A stretch of DNA of 63,929 nucleotides, filler included, from Choristocarpus tenellus KU-1152 (taxonomy: Eukaryota > Protista > Phaeophyceae), in NCBI GenBank assembly GCA_964200185.2. It is 7 parts of 7 records of this genome, joined end to end, with 100 filler letters (N's around TTAATTAATTAA, not from the genome) between each part and the next. Parts side by side here need not be neighbours in the genome. Positions count along the whole stretch, not along the records: positions 60,938 to 63,929 come from CAXNAD020023087.1; 6 more parts are not named here. The stretch is one strand, 5' to 3'. Made by a program: the position numbers and the translations under genes. The notes under the pieces are model-generated. The model was not told where the DNA came from. It did no database searches and saw only the letters and a list, made by a program, of their open reading frames with translations. The first letter of the stretch is position 1. Each line of letters starts with the position of its first letter. Shown in pieces: positions 61,380 through 63,929 of the stretch.

Positions 61380-63140
61380 GATCGAGAGCACTTCTCTCAC
61401 GCTTTCTGTTACATAATGGACAGATATAGTGCTTCCTTGGCCCAGCTAAAGGTCCTTGACCCCTGCTGCCTGTTCTTCTCCGCATATCCTCGCTGCTGTG
61501 GGCTAATGGTATGACATGCTCAGGCCAAGGAAGAGGCCACTCAACGAGCAGGACTAGAGAAAACGGTTCAGGTGAGCTGCTTCTCCGCGGTCTATCCCGC
61601 TATACTAAATCGTGGCATAAAAAGAAGCCTATAATGCTGTGTTCAGTGGGCTCTAATCAAGAAATTGTTAGCAGTATGACTGTGGTATTTCAAGTGCAAG
61701 GAACAGCATGCACTAAAGCGCTGACTCTCTCTCAGGAAATATTTATGTGTGCAATATGAAGGACCAGGAACAAAAACATAATCGTTGAATCTTTTGCACA
61801 AAGTCACCACTAGTTTGCAACGACATCAACAATTTCTTCTGGAGAGACTCCCCTATAACTACCCACACTTGCCTTAATACCCCATCCCACCCCCTTCCTC
61901 GGCTATGTCCATTTTGTTGACCCCCCCTTACACCCAAGGCACTAAAACTGGCCCAGCAAGATGAGTGCAGAAGGAACAGTCGAGTGGGAAAGGGAAAATC
62001 GAGGGAGCAAGCTTGGCAGTCACAACGCCTGCATACAGCCGGGGTATGTATGCCACCAAATCTAAACCTTTCTTCCAGTTGGGGTGATGAGCTCACGATA
62101 ATAGCGCCATCACACTTCAACTTGTCATTGCCTTGATGCCAGCCCCAAAATAGGGAGAGAGGAAAAAGAACGGATCCATCTTGACATGTGCAATTCTCTT
62201 GAGTACCTAGTTATCACTCGGAATCTTTGTCATTCCAACTGCGTAAGAATTTCAAAGATCAAGGACAGCTACTGAGCAAAGCCTCCCAATCATATCATTG
62301 GTGATGCAATGATATTATCGTGGGTGCAAAATAGACTTGCAAAAGCATGTCGGCAGATCCTGGTCTCTGCGCCTAGCATCAACCTAAGCTACTCTTTACC
62401 ACATTGTCAAAACGTTTTTTCCCCTCTGGTCTCTGCAATCCTAGTTTCAGAAAATATGCGGAGAAAAGGGTTGATTAGGATGTTGTCAACTCATTTCTTC
62501 ATCTGAGACATGTAGCAGTGTATTGATCGCCGCCTGTAAGTGAAGGAAAAACCAGATGGTAAGAGACGCTATAGTCGATATTTCCAAAACAGCTCACTTT
62601 ACCTGGGTGACCTCAAAAGGCACAAAACCATTTTCCAGAAATCGCACAATTGCCGGGTTCAGGAACAGATGAGATGCTGCGCCTGAGAGAGAGCAAGAAC
62701 AAGCTTCAGCAGAGCAATGCACGACTTCAGGTTCGAGGCTCTGCTTCCCACTCTTCATGGGCATATTTGGAGGAGCTTTCCTCCTCTTGCAGTCCTTGTT
62801 TCGTCTTGTGCCCCTCATCCTTCCTGCAAATTGTTACCAAAAAAGCACGACTGCTCAATCAAAACGTCGTCCTATTGATTATGCAGTAGTAGACTCAACT
62901 ATGAACCCAAAGTTACACACACACACACACAAACAAACAAACACAATGTACCTGTCACAATATATCCACTCGCAGAGGGAACTGGAGAAGATGAAGATAT
63001 ATCGACTAGAAAGTAATGAAGTGGGTAGTATCGGCAATGCAGAACAAACGGGATCCAGTCAGCAAGGTGCATTTGAATCTTTCGTACAAATCAAGAGGGA
63101 AAATCAGCAGCTTAAGATGCAACTCAAAGAGATCAAACAG
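61380..63140 (+). CDS. Partial coiled-coil protein, short-intron exons
   Basis: Candidate exons about 61380-61451 (DREHFSH...SLAQLK), 61524-61571 (AKEEATQRAGLEKTVQ), 61939-62043, 62639-62730 (..EMLRLRESKNKLQQSNARLQ) and 62976-63140 (..FVQIKRENQQLKMQLKEIKQ). Heptad-like sequence. Intermediate exons unresolved. Confidence 0.5.
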
Positions 63141-63703
63141 GTACAGCTTTTCCCCCACACACTCCACAGCAAATGGCTACACCATTTCGTAGTAGTAGCA
63201 GTAGCACTGTAAACAATGCCCCAGTACAAAGTGAAATTGGCAAAATTGGACATTCAATTTGGAAATGTTGTCACAAACTCACTCCTTTCTTGGTGGAAAT
63301 GGGCAAATTTATAAGGGGCAAAGGGGAAGAGGGGCAGGGGGGCAGGGGGGCAGGGCAGGTTTGCGTGTTTGTGTGGTACGTTAGGGTTAGGCTGGATTGT
63401 CAAGCTGTGCTGCAACATAGATATTGAGTCAAAGTAAACAAGAGGTACCCAGAGCTAAAATTTAAGGGTGCTGACAAATGTGTGCAAAATTCGTCTATTG
63501 TTACAAATGCGTACAGGACATTTTCTTGATTTTGTTGAGATTTTTCAAACAACAGAGAAATCAATGTTCTCAAGTCAACCTTAGCACTTGAGTAAGAAAT
63601 ATGGTTGAATTGCCAATGATTGAAAACTGGCTTAAAGCACAAAAAGGTCAAAACCTGGGTACCTACCTCTCGTTTACCTTGGCTCATTGACGACCACACT
63701 CCT

Positions 63704-63888
63704 GGCTCAAAGTATCTTGGGGGGGGGAAGGGTGACTGTCCATTTGGGGTCAATTTTTTCATGTCGCGATTTTTGGGTGATTTGGTTGTATACGTCGGAC
63801 GGATAATGTAAATGCACTCTTCCTGATTTTGGCCCAAATGGACACACCCTGGTATAGACGCCCCCCCACCCCCAGAGTCTTTCGTGGC
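63704..63888. mobile_element. MITE family A (subfamily 2) copy with CCT TSD
   Basis: cct|ggctcaaagtatcttgggg ... ccccagagtctttcgtggc|cct; interior matches 54908-55080. Confidence 0.75.
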
Positions 63889-63929
63889 CCTGTACAAAGT
63901 TGTCGAGAAGTCGGGGGAACACACGTGAG

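Overview
This is eukaryotic, intron-rich genomic DNA, inferred to be a brown alga or close stramenopile relative (short GT-AG exons, interstitial TTAGGG repeats, an RTE-clade LINE relic, a Pmp-like secreted protein). The window is not contiguous. It joins seven contigs with artificial 100-nt linkers (N44-TTAATTAATTAA-N44): 1-11540, 11641-17744, 17845-23819, 23920-37508, 37609-43136, 43237-60837 and 60938-63929. Most entries in the ORF track are noise, so I built spliced gene models by hand. They are: (1) a partial TPR-repeat gene; (2) an ankyrin-like gene made of 117-bp one-repeat exon cassettes, several of them damaged; (3) a complete 12-exon, 423-aa secreted protein with a knottin-like Cys motif and Pmp-type FxxN/GGA(I/L/V) beta-helix repeats; (4) a partial C2-domain gene; (5) the 3' part (10 exons, about 646 aa) of a voltage-gated cation channel with a TPC/Nav/Cav-type pore fused to a C-terminal cyclic-nucleotide-binding-like domain; (6) coiled-coil and unknown gene fragments. 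The rest is MITEs with 3-bp TSDs, a Tc1/mariner-like element, hAT-like, LTR and LINE relics, and simple repeats. The best candidates for new biology are the channel-CNBD fusion and the ankyrin exon-cassette array. All gene models are manual and lack transcript support.
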